A stretch of DNA of 64,000 bases from Minisyncoccia bacterium (GTDB lineage: Bacteria > Patescibacteriota > Minisyncoccia > Phycocordibacterales > UBA9973), in the NCBI GenBank assembly GCA_038244685.1, contig JBBRTD010000002.1, forward strand, positions 2,924-66,923, read 5' to 3'. Every line of letters starts with the position of its first letter. Within the stretch, counting starts at the first letter, position 1. The notes under the pieces were generated by a model that was not told the origin of the DNA, ran no database searches, and saw only the letters and a list, made by a program, of their open reading frames with translations. The position numbers and the translations under genes were made by a program. Shown here piece by piece: positions 1-10,019 of the stretch.

Positions 1-3000
1 ATTTCTAGTTCGTTTATAGTTCAGGATACATCAAATGTTTCTTCTGTTCCTCCATATTTCAGTATGTATCTTGGCTGGCAAGCAGCTAGTGCTACCGGTT
101 TCTCTTCTTATAAATTAGAATATGCAACTTCTGTAAATAATAGTATATATGGTAGTTATACAACTATCTCTGATGCAAGCTTTCAATTAGTAAATTCAAA
201 TTATTATGTTTACAATAATTTGAACTCGAATCTTTTTTATAGATTTAGATTGGGGGTTGTTGGAACAAATGGAAATACTTCCGTCAGATCAAATTCATTT
301 ATTACCGTTAAACCAGATGGAGTTCAAAACTACAGTGAAGGAGGAGGAGGAAGTATTTCAACTGCTTCAAAAGTTGAGAACGTTGTTGTTACTCAAAATG
401 AAGATAAAACAGTAATAGTTGGTTATAAGGTTACTGATGTTTCTTTCTCTAAAAAAATTAATCCATCTTATGAGGCATATCTTTTCTATAATATTGGTAT
501 GACTTTGCCTAGTAATGCATTAGTTGGAGATACAATAACATTATTAGATGCTTCTAAATTAAAATCATCAGGTTATATTTTAATAAACAATGAAGTTATA
601 AGTTATTCTGGAAAAACAGGGAATACTTTAACAGGTATAATTCGCGGAACTTGGCCAACATTGAATTCAACAGGAAGAACATCCCGTATGAATGCAAATC
701 TATTCTCTGGAACAATTGTTTGGGTTTATGCAAATAGTACAACTCCTGTATCAATTACAAATAATACTATTGCGACTGGTCAAAATAATTCCATTTCTTG
801 GAATACATATAGTGAGACAGGTTTGGCTGGTGGTTCTTATACTAATACAGGAATAAAAGTTATCGTTCATGATAATCAAGATGCATCTTTTGGTCCACTC
901 TCAAGTCAAAACGATTACTCTGAGAATGGAATGCTAAGTGTTTTGGATTTAACAGCTCCTGTTGTTTCATTTAATCAGGCCACTTCTTCTGCTACAGAAA
1001 GTACAACTCCAGTTAACATACCTCTTTATTTAGCTAGAGCTTATCCATTTACAACAACTGTTTCTTATACTGTAACTGGTACTGCAACAAGTGGATCAGA
1101 TTTTACATTAGCAAATGGAATTGCCACAATATTAGCAGGAGAAACAACTACGAATATTTCATTTCCTATCATTAACGATATTTTCAAGGAAAGAGATGAG
1201 ACTGTTATCTTAACGCTCTCTGATCCAATAAATGGAAAAATTGGTGGAAATAGTTCTCATACCTATACTATTATTGATGATGATAATACTTCAACTGTAG
1301 AGTTTGATAGTGTCAGTTCTTCAGGATTAGAGAGTGTTGTTTCTGTGAATATTCCAATAAGTCTTTCTGAAATTTCTCTTGTTGATACAACAGTTAATTA
1401 TTCTATATCTGGAACAGCAACAAATGGTTCTGACTTTATTTTATCTGATGGTATTGCAACTATACTTGCTGGAGCATCAACAACAAGTATCGTTATACCT
1501 ATTACAAATGACACGCTAAAAGAAGATGATGAAACAATAATTATTACTTTATCTGATGTTACAAATAATATTCTTGGTTTAAATTCTGTCCATACTTATA
1601 CCATTCTTAATGATGATTTATTCCCTGTATTAAGTTTCAACAGTGGAACGAGTGAGGGATTGGAAAGTGTAAATTCTATAAATATTCCAGTTTCTATTCC
1701 CGCTGCATATTTAGAAGATGTTACATTTTCTTATTCAGTTACTGGTGGTACTGCTACAGGAGGTGGCGTTGACTATACATTAGAAAATGGGACTTTAACA
1801 ATACCAGCTGGCGAAATTTCAGCAAATATTAATTTAGGTATAATTGATGATGGAGTTTCAGAGCCAACTGAAACTATTATTATAAATTTATCTAACCTTA
1901 TAAATTCAACTCTTGGAGTAAATAGTGTTTACACTTATTCAATACTAGACGATGAAATATCTGGTAATGGTATTAAATCAACCAGCGCTCTTATCTCTTG
2001 GATGACATCAGATCTTTCTGACAGTTTAGTTGAATATGGAACAGTCTCTCCTGGAAATGAAGGAGCTTATAATTTGTCCAAATTTAATGCAGATAAAGTC
2101 TTAAAGCATAATATCTATTTAGGTAATTTAATTCCATCTACCACTTATTACATAAAAACTACTTCAACTGATTTAAATGGTGAGACTGTAGTTTCTACTT
2201 CTGGTTTTACAACTACACCTGGACCAATTATTGGTGGAGTAAATTCTGGTGATATTACAGACAGAGCCGTTACTATTACTTGGGTAACAAATATTCCCGC
2301 TAGCTCATATGTTAATTATTCTACCAACGCAAGTCTATCTACTCCATTTAGATTTGGAAGTGATGATCTAACAACAGAGCACTCTGTTAGTATTGCTAAC
2401 TTAAGTGCTCAGAGTCTTTATTATTATTCAGTTGATGGAATTGATGTTGATTCTAATGCTGGAGAAGATGCAAATGATGGTAATTATTATACTTTCACAA
2501 CAAGTGAAGACCAGGCTGCCCCTATAATTTCTGATATTTCAGTTCCAATAATAACATCAACTCAGGTTGCTGTAGTTTGGAGAACAAATGAATTATCTGA
2601 TGGTAAAATTATGTACGGAACAAGTGCTGGTAATTATGATCATGAGACATCACTTGTTTCTATACCAGAGACAAATCACTTAATTACAATTGGAGGATTA
2701 ACAGGAACTACTATTTACTACTATGTAATTGTTTCTGCTGATAGAAATGGAAATACCGCAACAACAGAAGAACAGACTCTAGAAACAACCGCAATAGAAA
2801 GAGTTATTGTTTCTTCTGGCGGTGGAGGTGGAAGTTCTGGTGTTCCTCAGAGTCTTTATGACGCACTTCTTGCTGAGAATGAAAACTTTAAAGCAAAATT
2901 AAAAGATTTCGATTTTACCATGCCAATTATTTCAAATATTAAAATAGATGAGATTACTGCTTTTAGTGCTACTGTTAGTTTTGATACAGATGAAGATGCT

Positions 3001-4242
3001 ATCTCGTTTATTGACTATGGTAAAGATAATAAGTATGGACTTATGGCTGCAGATAAAAGCTGGTCAAAGAGTCACACTATTAAACTTTATGGTTTAAGTT
3101 TGGGTACAGACTATTACTTGAAAATTAATGCTATGAATAGAGCAAATGATGTCAGTACTTCAGATGAACAAACTTTTAAGACTAAATTTTTAGCTGATGA
3201 TTTAGAGCAATTAAAGAATATAGATAATGTTGAACAATTCCAAGCAGCAATTGAGGCTGCCATTGAGTCAATTTTACCTTCTCTTGTTCCTCCGTTTATA
3301 GATAAACCAGCCATCTCTAATATTACAGAAAGTGGCGCAACTGTTACTTTCCGTACAAATATTAAATCATATCCAATTGTAAATTATACGACTGATGCTG
3401 ATTATGACAAAACAAAAGAAAATCCATATGATGGAGAAATATCTGATACATCAGAAAAAAATATTTCCCATACTCTTTCGCTCGTTGGTCTTAAGCCAAA
3501 TACTAAATATCATGTAATGGTTAAAGCATTTTCTATTCCTCAGGTTATTGGTAAATCCGAAGATTTTACCTTCACGACATCAGCATCAAAAATTCAAGGT
3601 TCTATTGTTGGCATAAAGAAGAATTCATTTACTGTTGTTTGGTCAACAGATGAGATTACTTCATCTATTGTTGAATATAAGAATCTTAAAACAGGAAGAT
3701 CTTCTCGTATTGTCGATGAGGCTAAAAATAAATCTCACTCAATCAAAGTTGAAAATCTTTCTCCCGGTACTTCATACGAAGTAAGTATTTCAGGTATTAA
3801 TGAAAAAGGAAATAAAGTTGAAAGTGGCAGTGCTATAAATGTTAAAACTTCAACTGATAATATTGCTCCTATTATTACAAATATAAAAGTTGATAGTGCT
3901 CTTGTCGTAGCTAGAAATGATAGAGTTCAAACTATTGTTTCTTGGCAAACAGATGAGCCTTCTACTTCAACTGTTTATTTCGGAGAAGGTACTGGTTCAT
4001 TAAATGAAAAACTTTCAAATAAGCAGGAAGATTTAGAGCTTACAAAATCTCATGTTGTTATTCTAACGGCATTAAAACCTGGAACCATTTATCGGTTTAC
4101 GGTTAGTTCAGCTGATGATGCAAATAATATTACAAAGCCACCAGTTCGTACAATCATCACTCCAAGGAAAACAGAATCAATTGTAGATGTTATCTTTAAG
4201 AACTTCGATGAGACATTTAAATTTATGAATAATGTTAAGTAA
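1..4242 (+). CDS. Large surface protein with Calx-beta repeats and multiple FN3/purple-acid-phosphatase-N-like repeats (5'-truncated by the window edge)
   Basis: Frame is open from base 1, upstream of the ATG at 64. Three Calx-beta-like repeats (TVSYTVTGTATSGSDF...ETVILTLSDP...HTYTIIDDD) and many FN3-like repeats (ITWxT..S.V.YGT...H.V.L.L.P.T.YYY). Ser/Thr-rich. Confidence 0.8.
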   Translation: MSSSFIVQDTSNVSSVPPYFSMYLGWQAASATGFSSYKLEYATSVNNSIYGSYTTISDASFQLVNSNYYVYNNLNSNLFYRFRLGVVGTNGNTSVRSNSFITVKPDGVQNYSEGGGGSISTASKVENVVVTQNEDKTVIVGYKVTDVSFSKKINPSYEAYLFYNIGMTLPSNALVGDTITLLDASKLKSSGYILINNEVISYSGKTGNTLTGIIRGTWPTLNSTGRTSRMNANLFSGTIVWVYANSTTPVSITNNTIATGQNNSISWNTYSETGLAGGSYTNTGIKVIVHDNQDASFGPLSSQNDYSENGMLSVLDLTAPVVSFNQATSSATESTTPVNIPLYLARAYPFTTTVSYTVTGTATSGSDFTLANGIATILAGETTTNISFPIINDIFKERDETVILTLSDPINGKIGGNSSHTYTIIDDDNTSTVEFDSVSSSGLESVVSVNIPISLSEISLVDTTVNYSISGTATNGSDFILSDGIATILAGASTTSIVIPITNDTLKEDDETIIITLSDVTNNILGLNSVHTYTILNDDLFPVLSFNSGTSEGLESVNSINIPVSIPAAYLEDVTFSYSVTGGTATGGGVDYTLENGTLTIPAGEISANINLGIIDDGVSEPTETIIINLSNLINSTLGVNSVYTYSILDDEISGNGIKSTSALISWMTSDLSDSLVEYGTVSPGNEGAYNLSKFNADKVLKHNIYLGNLIPSTTYYIKTTSTDLNGETVVSTSGFTTTPGPIIGGVNSGDITDRAVTITWVTNIPASSYVNYSTNASLSTPFRFGSDDLTTEHSVSIANLSAQSLYYYSVDGIDVDSNAGEDANDGNYYTFTTSEDQAAPIISDISVPIITSTQVAVVWRTNELSDGKIMYGTSAGNYDHETSLVSIPETNHLITIGGLTGTTIYYYVIVSADRNGNTATTEEQTLETTAIERVIVSSGGGGGSSGVPQSLYDALLAENENFKAKLKDFDFTMPIISNIKIDEITAFSATVSFDTDEDAISFIDYGKDNKYGLMAADKSWSKSHTIKLYGLSLGTDYYLKINAMNRANDVSTSDEQTFKTKFLADDLEQLKNIDNVEQFQAAIEAAIESILPSLVPPFIDKPAISNITESGATVTFRTNIKSYPIVNYTTDADYDKTKENPYDGEISDTSEKNISHTLSLVGLKPNTKYHVMVKAFSIPQVIGKSEDFTFTTSASKIQGSIVGIKKNSFTVVWSTDEITSSIVEYKNLKTGRSSRIVDEAKNKSHSIKVENLSPGTSYEVSISGINEKGNKVESGSAINVKTSTDNIAPIITNIKVDSALVVARNDRVQTIVSWQTDEPSTSTVYFGEGTGSLNEKLSNKQEDLELTKSHVVILTALKPGTIYRFTVSSADDANNITKPPVRTIITPRKTESIVDVIFKNFDETFKFMNNVK

Positions 4243-4384
4243 GGTTGTACTAATTAAAAATCGATATTAAGCTTGTCTATCAAGGTATATATGTTATAGT
4301 TAAAATATTATATAGACGTAAAAATTACGAAATAAAATTATTTTATCTATAACATAACAATATCTATCATTCAAAAATAAATTC

Positions 4385-5737
4385 ATGAGTAAAATAATTA
4401 AAATTGAGAACGTTAATTTATGGTATGAAAAAGGTAAGAACATAGAGGTTCACGCCTTAAAAGATATAAATATAAGTATAGAGAAAGGGGACTACGTAGC
4501 CTTCTTTGGCCCTTCCGGTTGTGGTAAGACAACTATGCTTTATTCTATTTCTGGAATTGACCGTTTTCAAGAAGGAAAAGTTTTTATTAACGACCAAGAT
4601 ATTTCTAATCTTACAAACCAGGAACTTGCCATTTTTAGACAAACTGGAATCGGAATTGTTTTTCAGCAGTTCAATTTGGTTCCTTCCTTGAATGTTTTAA
4701 AGAATGTTGCTCTACCTATGCTCTTTGTTGGAATAACGTCAGAAATCGCTGAAATTGAGGCACGTAAGCTACTTGAGAGACTAGATCTAACTTTATACGC
4801 TGATCGTTATCCTTATGAACTTTCAGGGGGACAGCAACAGAGAGTTGGTATTGCTAGAGCTTTAGCAAATAACCCTCCTATCATTATTGCGGATGAACCA
4901 TTGGGAAACCTGGACTCAGTTAATGCTAAAATGGTTCTTGAGTTTTTAAAAGAATTAAATGAAAAAGATGGACGAACAATAATCATGGTTACTCATGAAG
5001 CTTGGAGTCTTCGTGATGTTAAAACTGTTTTCCATATGAAGGATGGTGTCATTACTGATGTTGAAAAAATTCAAAGTGATACAGTTGCTGAGTCGTTATC
5101 TAAACATTTATATGAACAACTTTCTTCCGTTCGATCAACTTCAGAAAAGAAGAGCAATAGTATCTCTATAGAAGAAAAACTTTCTGCTAGAGTTTTGGCA
5201 AACTTCTTACTTCGAGGTTATTCAATGGATGAGATTAGACGTTTTGAATCTTTTGTAAACGATAGATTTGATAATAAAATTGATAAAAAAGAATTTCATA
5301 ATTTTATTAGTAAGCCCTTTAAAGAAGGTGGTGTTGGTCTTAGAAAAAAGAGGGCTGAAAAAGTTACAGATTATTTAGAAGGTATAATAGATAAGAGAAA
5401 AAATGTTGAACATATCTATAGTATCATCGACAAAAATCCAGAATTATCTATTGTTGAGGATATTCGCAGTAGTATACGTAGTTGGTTAATGGAAGGGTAT
5501 ACCGGCGAATTATCTCCATCTCAGACAATAGCACTTGATCAAGTTATTTCAGATAGAATTAGAGGTTTTATGCCTGCTAATAAAGTTGTTGAAATACTTA
5601 GTATTTCAAATAATAAATTTGGTGTTGGTCTGTCTTTCCGTGCCGCTCAAATAATGGCAGAGAAACTTGAATTAATATTAAATGACGATAGTGACAGTGA
5701 GGAACTTAATAATAACGATTTTGAAAAAAGTTTATAA
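4385..5737 (+). CDS. MacB/LolD-family ABC transporter ATPase with a ~220-aa C-terminal extension
   Basis: Walker A GPSGCGKT, signature LSGGQQQRV, Walker B IIIADEP, H-loop VTHE. Confidence 0.9.
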   Translation: MSKIIKIENVNLWYEKGKNIEVHALKDINISIEKGDYVAFFGPSGCGKTTMLYSISGIDRFQEGKVFINDQDISNLTNQELAIFRQTGIGIVFQQFNLVPSLNVLKNVALPMLFVGITSEIAEIEARKLLERLDLTLYADRYPYELSGGQQQRVGIARALANNPPIIIADEPLGNLDSVNAKMVLEFLKELNEKDGRTIIMVTHEAWSLRDVKTVFHMKDGVITDVEKIQSDTVAESLSKHLYEQLSSVRSTSEKKSNSISIEEKLSARVLANFLLRGYSMDEIRRFESFVNDRFDNKIDKKEFHNFISKPFKEGGVGLRKKRAEKVTDYLEGIIDKRKNVEHIYSIIDKNPELSIVEDIRSSIRSWLMEGYTGELSPSQTIALDQVISDRIRGFMPANKVVEILSISNNKFGVGLSFRAAQIMAEKLELILNDDSDSEELNNNDFEKSL

Positions 5738-5740
5738 TAT

Positions 5741-6946
5741 ATGCCTAATAAAAAATTAAGATTAAGTGAATTATTATCTCTTTCCTTAAGAACTTTCAGA
5801 ACTAAACCTCAAAGAGCTTTTTTGACCATTATGGGTATGTCGGTTGGAATAGCTACGGTTCTTCTTTTGGTTTCTTTGGGTTATGGATTGCAATATATTT
5901 TAATAGGTAAGCTTATGACAACAGAAGATTCCTTAATAACAATGGAAGTTTCTTATCCAACAGAGAGTAATATTTTAATTAAAAAACCATTACTAGACAA
6001 TTTAAAAACTTATGAAAATATAGCAGAAGTAAGTCCAATCGCTGAATTTCCTGGTGAAATAAGTGAAAATGGTAATTCTGGTCTTTTGGTTGATACTCGC
6101 ATTGTTGAACCATCATATTTTAGACTTTCAGGGTTATTGCCAAATATCGGTACTTTTCCAACAGAGAGTGGCCTGGTAACATCTAGTCAAACTTTAGTTC
6201 CTCTTGGCTTTGGAATTGATGAAACGTCATTAAATAAATCTCTTACTTTTAAAGTTTTTTATCAAGACGATAAAAATAATACTTCTGAAGAAACTAATTC
6301 TCTTCAGCCTATAAAGATAAAAGGTATTATTAGCGATGAATCTATGCCCCCTACAACTATTATTTTTGCTAATTCTCTTTCCAAGGAGCCACCATTTTAT
6401 CGTAAGGTTCTTGTAAAGGCTAAAAATGTGGATGTCTTAGAAGCTCTTCGCGATAAGTTACTTAAGGAGGGATTTCTGGTGTCAGCTCGAATCGATCTTG
6501 TAACACAAGCTCGTAAAATAACAAATATAATTACTATTATTTTAGGTGTCTTTGGAATTACAGCCTTAGTTGTTTCAGCTATTGGAATGTTCAATACTAT
6601 GATTGTTGGATTCCTAGAACGTATTTACGAAGTTGGAATCTTGAAATCTATTGGAGCAACTGACAGTGATGTTCGTAATTTATTTTTAGTTGAAGCTTCT
6701 CTGATGGGCTTTCTAGGGGGGGTGGGAGGTATCTTAATTGGCATTGGAGGAGGAGAAATTCTAAATATATTATTGAGTGTTTTCGCCACAAGATTTGGAG
6801 GAAGTTCTATTAGATTATTCTTAACACCTTGGTGGTTTATAGTTCTTATTCTTGCCTTTTCAATCGTGATTGGTTTTGTTTCTGGTTGGTGGCCTGCGCA
6901 TAGAGCCGCTGGTTTGTCCCCAAAGGAGGCTTTTACAAAGAGATAA
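5741..6946 (+). CDS. MacB/FtsX-family ABC transporter permease
   Basis: One N-terminal TM, a large extracytoplasmic loop, the motif ERIYEVGILKSIGA, three C-terminal TMs and a PAHRAA ending. Confidence 0.9.
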   Translation: MPNKKLRLSELLSLSLRTFRTKPQRAFLTIMGMSVGIATVLLLVSLGYGLQYILIGKLMTTEDSLITMEVSYPTESNILIKKPLLDNLKTYENIAEVSPIAEFPGEISENGNSGLLVDTRIVEPSYFRLSGLLPNIGTFPTESGLVTSSQTLVPLGFGIDETSLNKSLTFKVFYQDDKNNTSEETNSLQPIKIKGIISDESMPPTTIIFANSLSKEPPFYRKVLVKAKNVDVLEALRDKLLKEGFLVSARIDLVTQARKITNIITIILGVFGITALVVSAIGMFNTMIVGFLERIYEVGILKSIGATDSDVRNLFLVEASLMGFLGGVGGILIGIGGGEILNILLSVFATRFGGSSIRLFLTPWWFIVLILAFSIVIGFVSGWWPAHRAAGLSPKEAFTKR

Positions 6947-6970
6947 TTATTATTTGATAATTTAAATTAT

Positions 6971-7417
6971 ATGTACATTATTTACGCATTACTAGGGGCT
7001 GTTATGGCAAGTATGGGAACTATATTCGCAAAATTAGGACTAAAGGGTGTTGATGCAAATCTTCTCACTGCTATTCGTGGAATTATAATGGCATTTATTG
7101 TGACCATTGCTGCCTTGTCTTTTGGAAAGTTATCAATGACGGCATTACACTCCCTTTCTCAAAAACAATGGATTTTTGTTTTTATATCAGGCCTTGGTGG
7201 CGCTTTGTCTTGGTTATTTTTCTATCATGCATTAGCTGCAGGTCCTACTGTTGCGGTGACGGTTATAGATAAGTTATCTATCGTCCTTACGGCAATACTC
7301 GCTACTATTATTTTATCCGAGAGTGTTACTCTTCAAATGGGGATAGGTCTTGGTTTTGTATTTTTGGGGACATTACTTGTGGCAGTTCCTTGGGATAAAA
7401 TTAAAATGTTTTTTTAA
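6971..7417 (+). CDS. EamA/DMT-family small transporter
   Basis: Five hydrophobic segments; IFAKLGL and VIDKLSIVL motifs. Confidence 0.85.
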   Translation: MYIIYALLGAVMASMGTIFAKLGLKGVDANLLTAIRGIIMAFIVTIAALSFGKLSMTALHSLSQKQWIFVFISGLGGALSWLFFYHALAAGPTVAVTVIDKLSIVLTAILATIILSESVTLQMGIGLGFVFLGTLLVAVPWDKIKMFF

Positions 7418-7432
7418 GATTAATGATCTTTA

Positions 7433-7476
7433 AATAAAAAACCGCAGATCTTTTTAGGGATTCAGCGGTTTTATTT
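7433..7476. terminator. Probable bidirectional intrinsic terminator
   Basis: AAAACCGC...GCGGTTTT stem with A/T tracts, between the EamA gene and the convergent small ORF. Confidence 0.55.
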
Positions 7477-7492
7477 GTGGATTTTTTTTAAA

Positions 7493-7588
7493 TTAAAATG
7501 AATTCCAGCAGACATCAAGGTCTATCAATTCTTTTTCTTCTTCTTTTTCTGTCGGCTCCACGACGACACTCCAGTCTAAAACTATCAT
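7493..7588 (-). CDS. Uncalled 31-aa acidic small ORF (MIVLDWSVVVEPTEKEEEKELIDLDVCWNSF)
   Basis: Translated by hand. Preceded by TTGATA-17-TACAGT on the minus strand (7639..7611) and followed by a terminator. Confidence 0.45.
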   Translation of the reverse strand: MIVLDWSVVVEPTEKEEEKELIDLDVCWNSF

Positions 7589-7721
7589 AAGCAACAAATT
7601 TATTTATTTTACTGTAACACAATTTATCTTTTATATCAATGTTTATTAAAAAATATCCTTTAAAAATAAGGCTTAATTGATATTTAGACAAAGTGTATTA
7701 TTAAATACAGTTTATCTAATT

Positions 7722-8291
7722 TTATAGAAATATTTTATCTGTGAGCTCCTCTAGACCTTTTCTATCTTTAGTAGAGAAGGGAATTATGGCATGTTCACTG
7801 CCTACCATTTTTTTAAGTTCTGTCATTTTTTTGTGATATTCAGATTGTTTCAACTTATCTATTTTATTTGCAACAATAATAAAATCTTTATTATGATTTA
7901 TAAGTTCATTAAACATCAGTATATCTTTTTCTGTCATACCAACAACTGCATCTATAATTAAAACTACTTTTTTTTGAGTATGAATTGAATTAAAAAGATA
8001 TGAATCGATTAGTTCACCAATTTTTTCACGGCCGAGACCTGACGATCTAGCAAATCCATATCCAGGTAAGTCTACTAGATAAAATTCTTTATTAACAAGA
8101 AATATATTTATTTCTTGAGTTCTACCTGCAAATGAACTCGTACGAGAAATACTACTTCTTGTAAGTACATTTATCAGGCTTGATTTGCCGACATTTGAGC
8201 GGCCAATGAAGGCAATTTGAGGTATACCATCGGCTAGTATTTCGTCATCACCAACGAGACCCTTCATAAACTTTGTAGATGTTATTTTCAT
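7722..8291 (-). CDS. engB: Ribosome biogenesis GTPase YsxC/EngB
   Basis: GRSNVGKSS, DLPGYG and NKID motifs. Confidence 0.95.
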   Translation of the reverse strand: MKITSTKFMKGLVGDDEILADGIPQIAFIGRSNVGKSSLINVLTRSSISRTSSFAGRTQEINIFLVNKEFYLVDLPGYGFARSSGLGREKIGELIDSYLFNSIHTQKKVVLIIDAVVGMTEKDILMFNELINHNKDFIIVANKIDKLKQSEYHKKMTELKKMVGSEHAIIPFSTKDRKGLEELTDKIFL

Positions 8292-8364
8292 AGATATATT
8301 TGTATATTATAACGCAATAATAAGGCATTCTATAAAAATATAGTTGCCTTAATTTTTATTTTTG

Positions 8365-8437
8365 TGGACCTTAGCGGACTCGGACCGCTTACCTCCTCAT
8401 TGCAAATGAGGCGCTCTACCAGATGAGCTAAAGGCCC
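8365..8437 (-). tRNA. tRNA-Ala(TGC)
   Basis: Cloverleaf GGGCCTT...AAGGTCC-A with the G3:U70 identity pair and anticodon loop TT-TGC-AA. T-loop is atypical (TCCGAGT). No encoded CCA. Confidence 0.93.
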
Positions 8438-8502
8438 TCAACTAATTAATAATTTAATTAGGATACTCCTATCTTACCGTATTTTTATTTTTTTGCAAGA
8501 TG

Positions 8503-8545
8503 TATACAGAGCCCAACCTCAATGGTAGAAGTTGGGCTCTGTATA
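8503..8545. terminator. Hairpin/terminator downstream of the NRAMP gene
   Basis: 15-bp perfect arms TATACAGAGCCCAAC / GTTGGGCTCTGTATA with a 13-nt loop. Confidence 0.6.
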
Positions 8546-8556
8546 ATTATTCAAGT

Positions 8557-9861
8557 TTAAAATAAAGAGTAAATAGCGGCGATAGCAGTAACTCCCATAA
8601 GAATTGTTGCGGTCCATCCTAGTATTCTTATAATTAAGGAATTTTTAAATTCACCCATAATTTTTTTACTACTACTTATTTTAACAATAAAAATAAGTAT
8701 TACTGGAGCTACGATACCATTTGCAATGGCTGAGTACAACAGAGCTTTTATAGGGTCAATACCGATAAAATTAAGAAGTATACCAATGACAATTGAGATA
8801 GCGATAACTCCATAAAAAGCATGGGCTGTTTTGTATTTACGATATAAACCTTCTCTCCATCCGAAGCTCTCAGATATAGCATAAGCGGTAGATCCAGCCA
8901 AGACGGGTATCGCAAGTAGTCCTGTGCCTATTATACCAATAGCAAATAGAAGGGTGGCAAAGTGACCAGCAAGAGGCTCTAATGCCCGTGCTGCATCAGC
9001 TGCTGTTTCGATGTTTGTAATTCCATTAACAAAAAGAGTATTTGAACAAACAGCAATAATAAAGAACATGACAATATTAGACAGGAACATTCCCACCCAA
9101 ACATCAACACGCATTTCTTTTATTTCAGTATTGTTTGTACCTTTTCTTGATCTTATTGTTTTTTTACCATCGAGTATCTCTTCTTCAATTTCTTCTGATG
9201 TTTGCCAAAAAAATAAATAGGGAGATATTGTTGTGCCTAATACTCCAGTAATAAGAAGAATTTGAGTTTTAGAAAATGTAATTTGTGGAATAAGTCCATC
9301 ATGCAACAATGTTGACCAATTCATATGAATAATAAAGCCTGTAATTATATAGGAGAAAATAGCCAACACTAACCATTTTAGATATTTAGTATATATACGG
9401 TAGGGAACAAATATTTCTAAAAGTAATCCAGATATGCCAGTAAATATAACTAGAAATACAAATGAGGCTCCAGGGGCAATAAGTTCAATTGCTTTTGCCA
9501 TGGCTCCTAAATCAGCTCCAATATTTAATGTATTTGCAAAAAATAAAAGTATAGTACAAACATAAAGTATTTTTTTTGAAAAATTATGTTTTATATTTGC
9601 GGCTAGTCCTCTACCTGTGACTAAAGCTATTCGAGCACACATTTCTTGAACAGTAGCGACGAGAGGGTAGACCCAAGCAGCTAGCCATATAAGACTTGTG
9701 CCGTATTGGGCTCCTGCTTGTGAATATGTAGTAATACCAGAAGGGTCATCATCTGCTGCGCCCGTAATTACTCCTGGGCCAATTTTTTTTAGATAATCCT
9801 TAGTTTCTTGTAATAGGGATTCTTTTTCTTTTATTTCGTTCATCTGTTTGAGATATTCCAA
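8557..9861 (-). CDS. NRAMP-family divalent metal transporter
   Basis: GPGVITGAADDDPSGITTYSQAGA and GTTISPYLFFWQ motifs; many TM segments. Start codon uncertain. Confidence 0.9.
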   Translation of the reverse strand: MEYLKQMNEIKEKESLLQETKDYLKKIGPGVITGAADDDPSGITTYSQAGAQYGTSLIWLAAWVYPLVATVQEMCARIALVTGRGLAANIKHNFSKKILYVCTILLFFANTLNIGADLGAMAKAIELIAPGASFVFLVIFTGISGLLLEIFVPYRIYTKYLKWLVLAIFSYIITGFIIHMNWSTLLHDGLIPQITFSKTQILLITGVLGTTISPYLFFWQTSEEIEEEILDGKKTIRSRKGTNNTEIKEMRVDVWVGMFLSNIVMFFIIAVCSNTLFVNGITNIETAADAARALEPLAGHFATLLFAIGIIGTGLLAIPVLAGSTAYAISESFGWREGLYRKYKTAHAFYGVIAISIVIGILLNFIGIDPIKALLYSAIANGIVAPVILIFIVKISSSKKIMGEFKNSLIIRILGWTATILMGVTAIAAIYSLF

Positions 9862-10019
9862 TTTGTAATTGGGAGCTATCTGGTGAATTATTATTAATAA
9901 GACAAACTTTATAAATATTTTTAATATTCCGTAAATGCTATTTTACATTTATAGTGGAATAGTTATATAAGTTTATTATACTATTTTATTTGAATTTGAT
10001 ACAATATTAAGATAATCTT

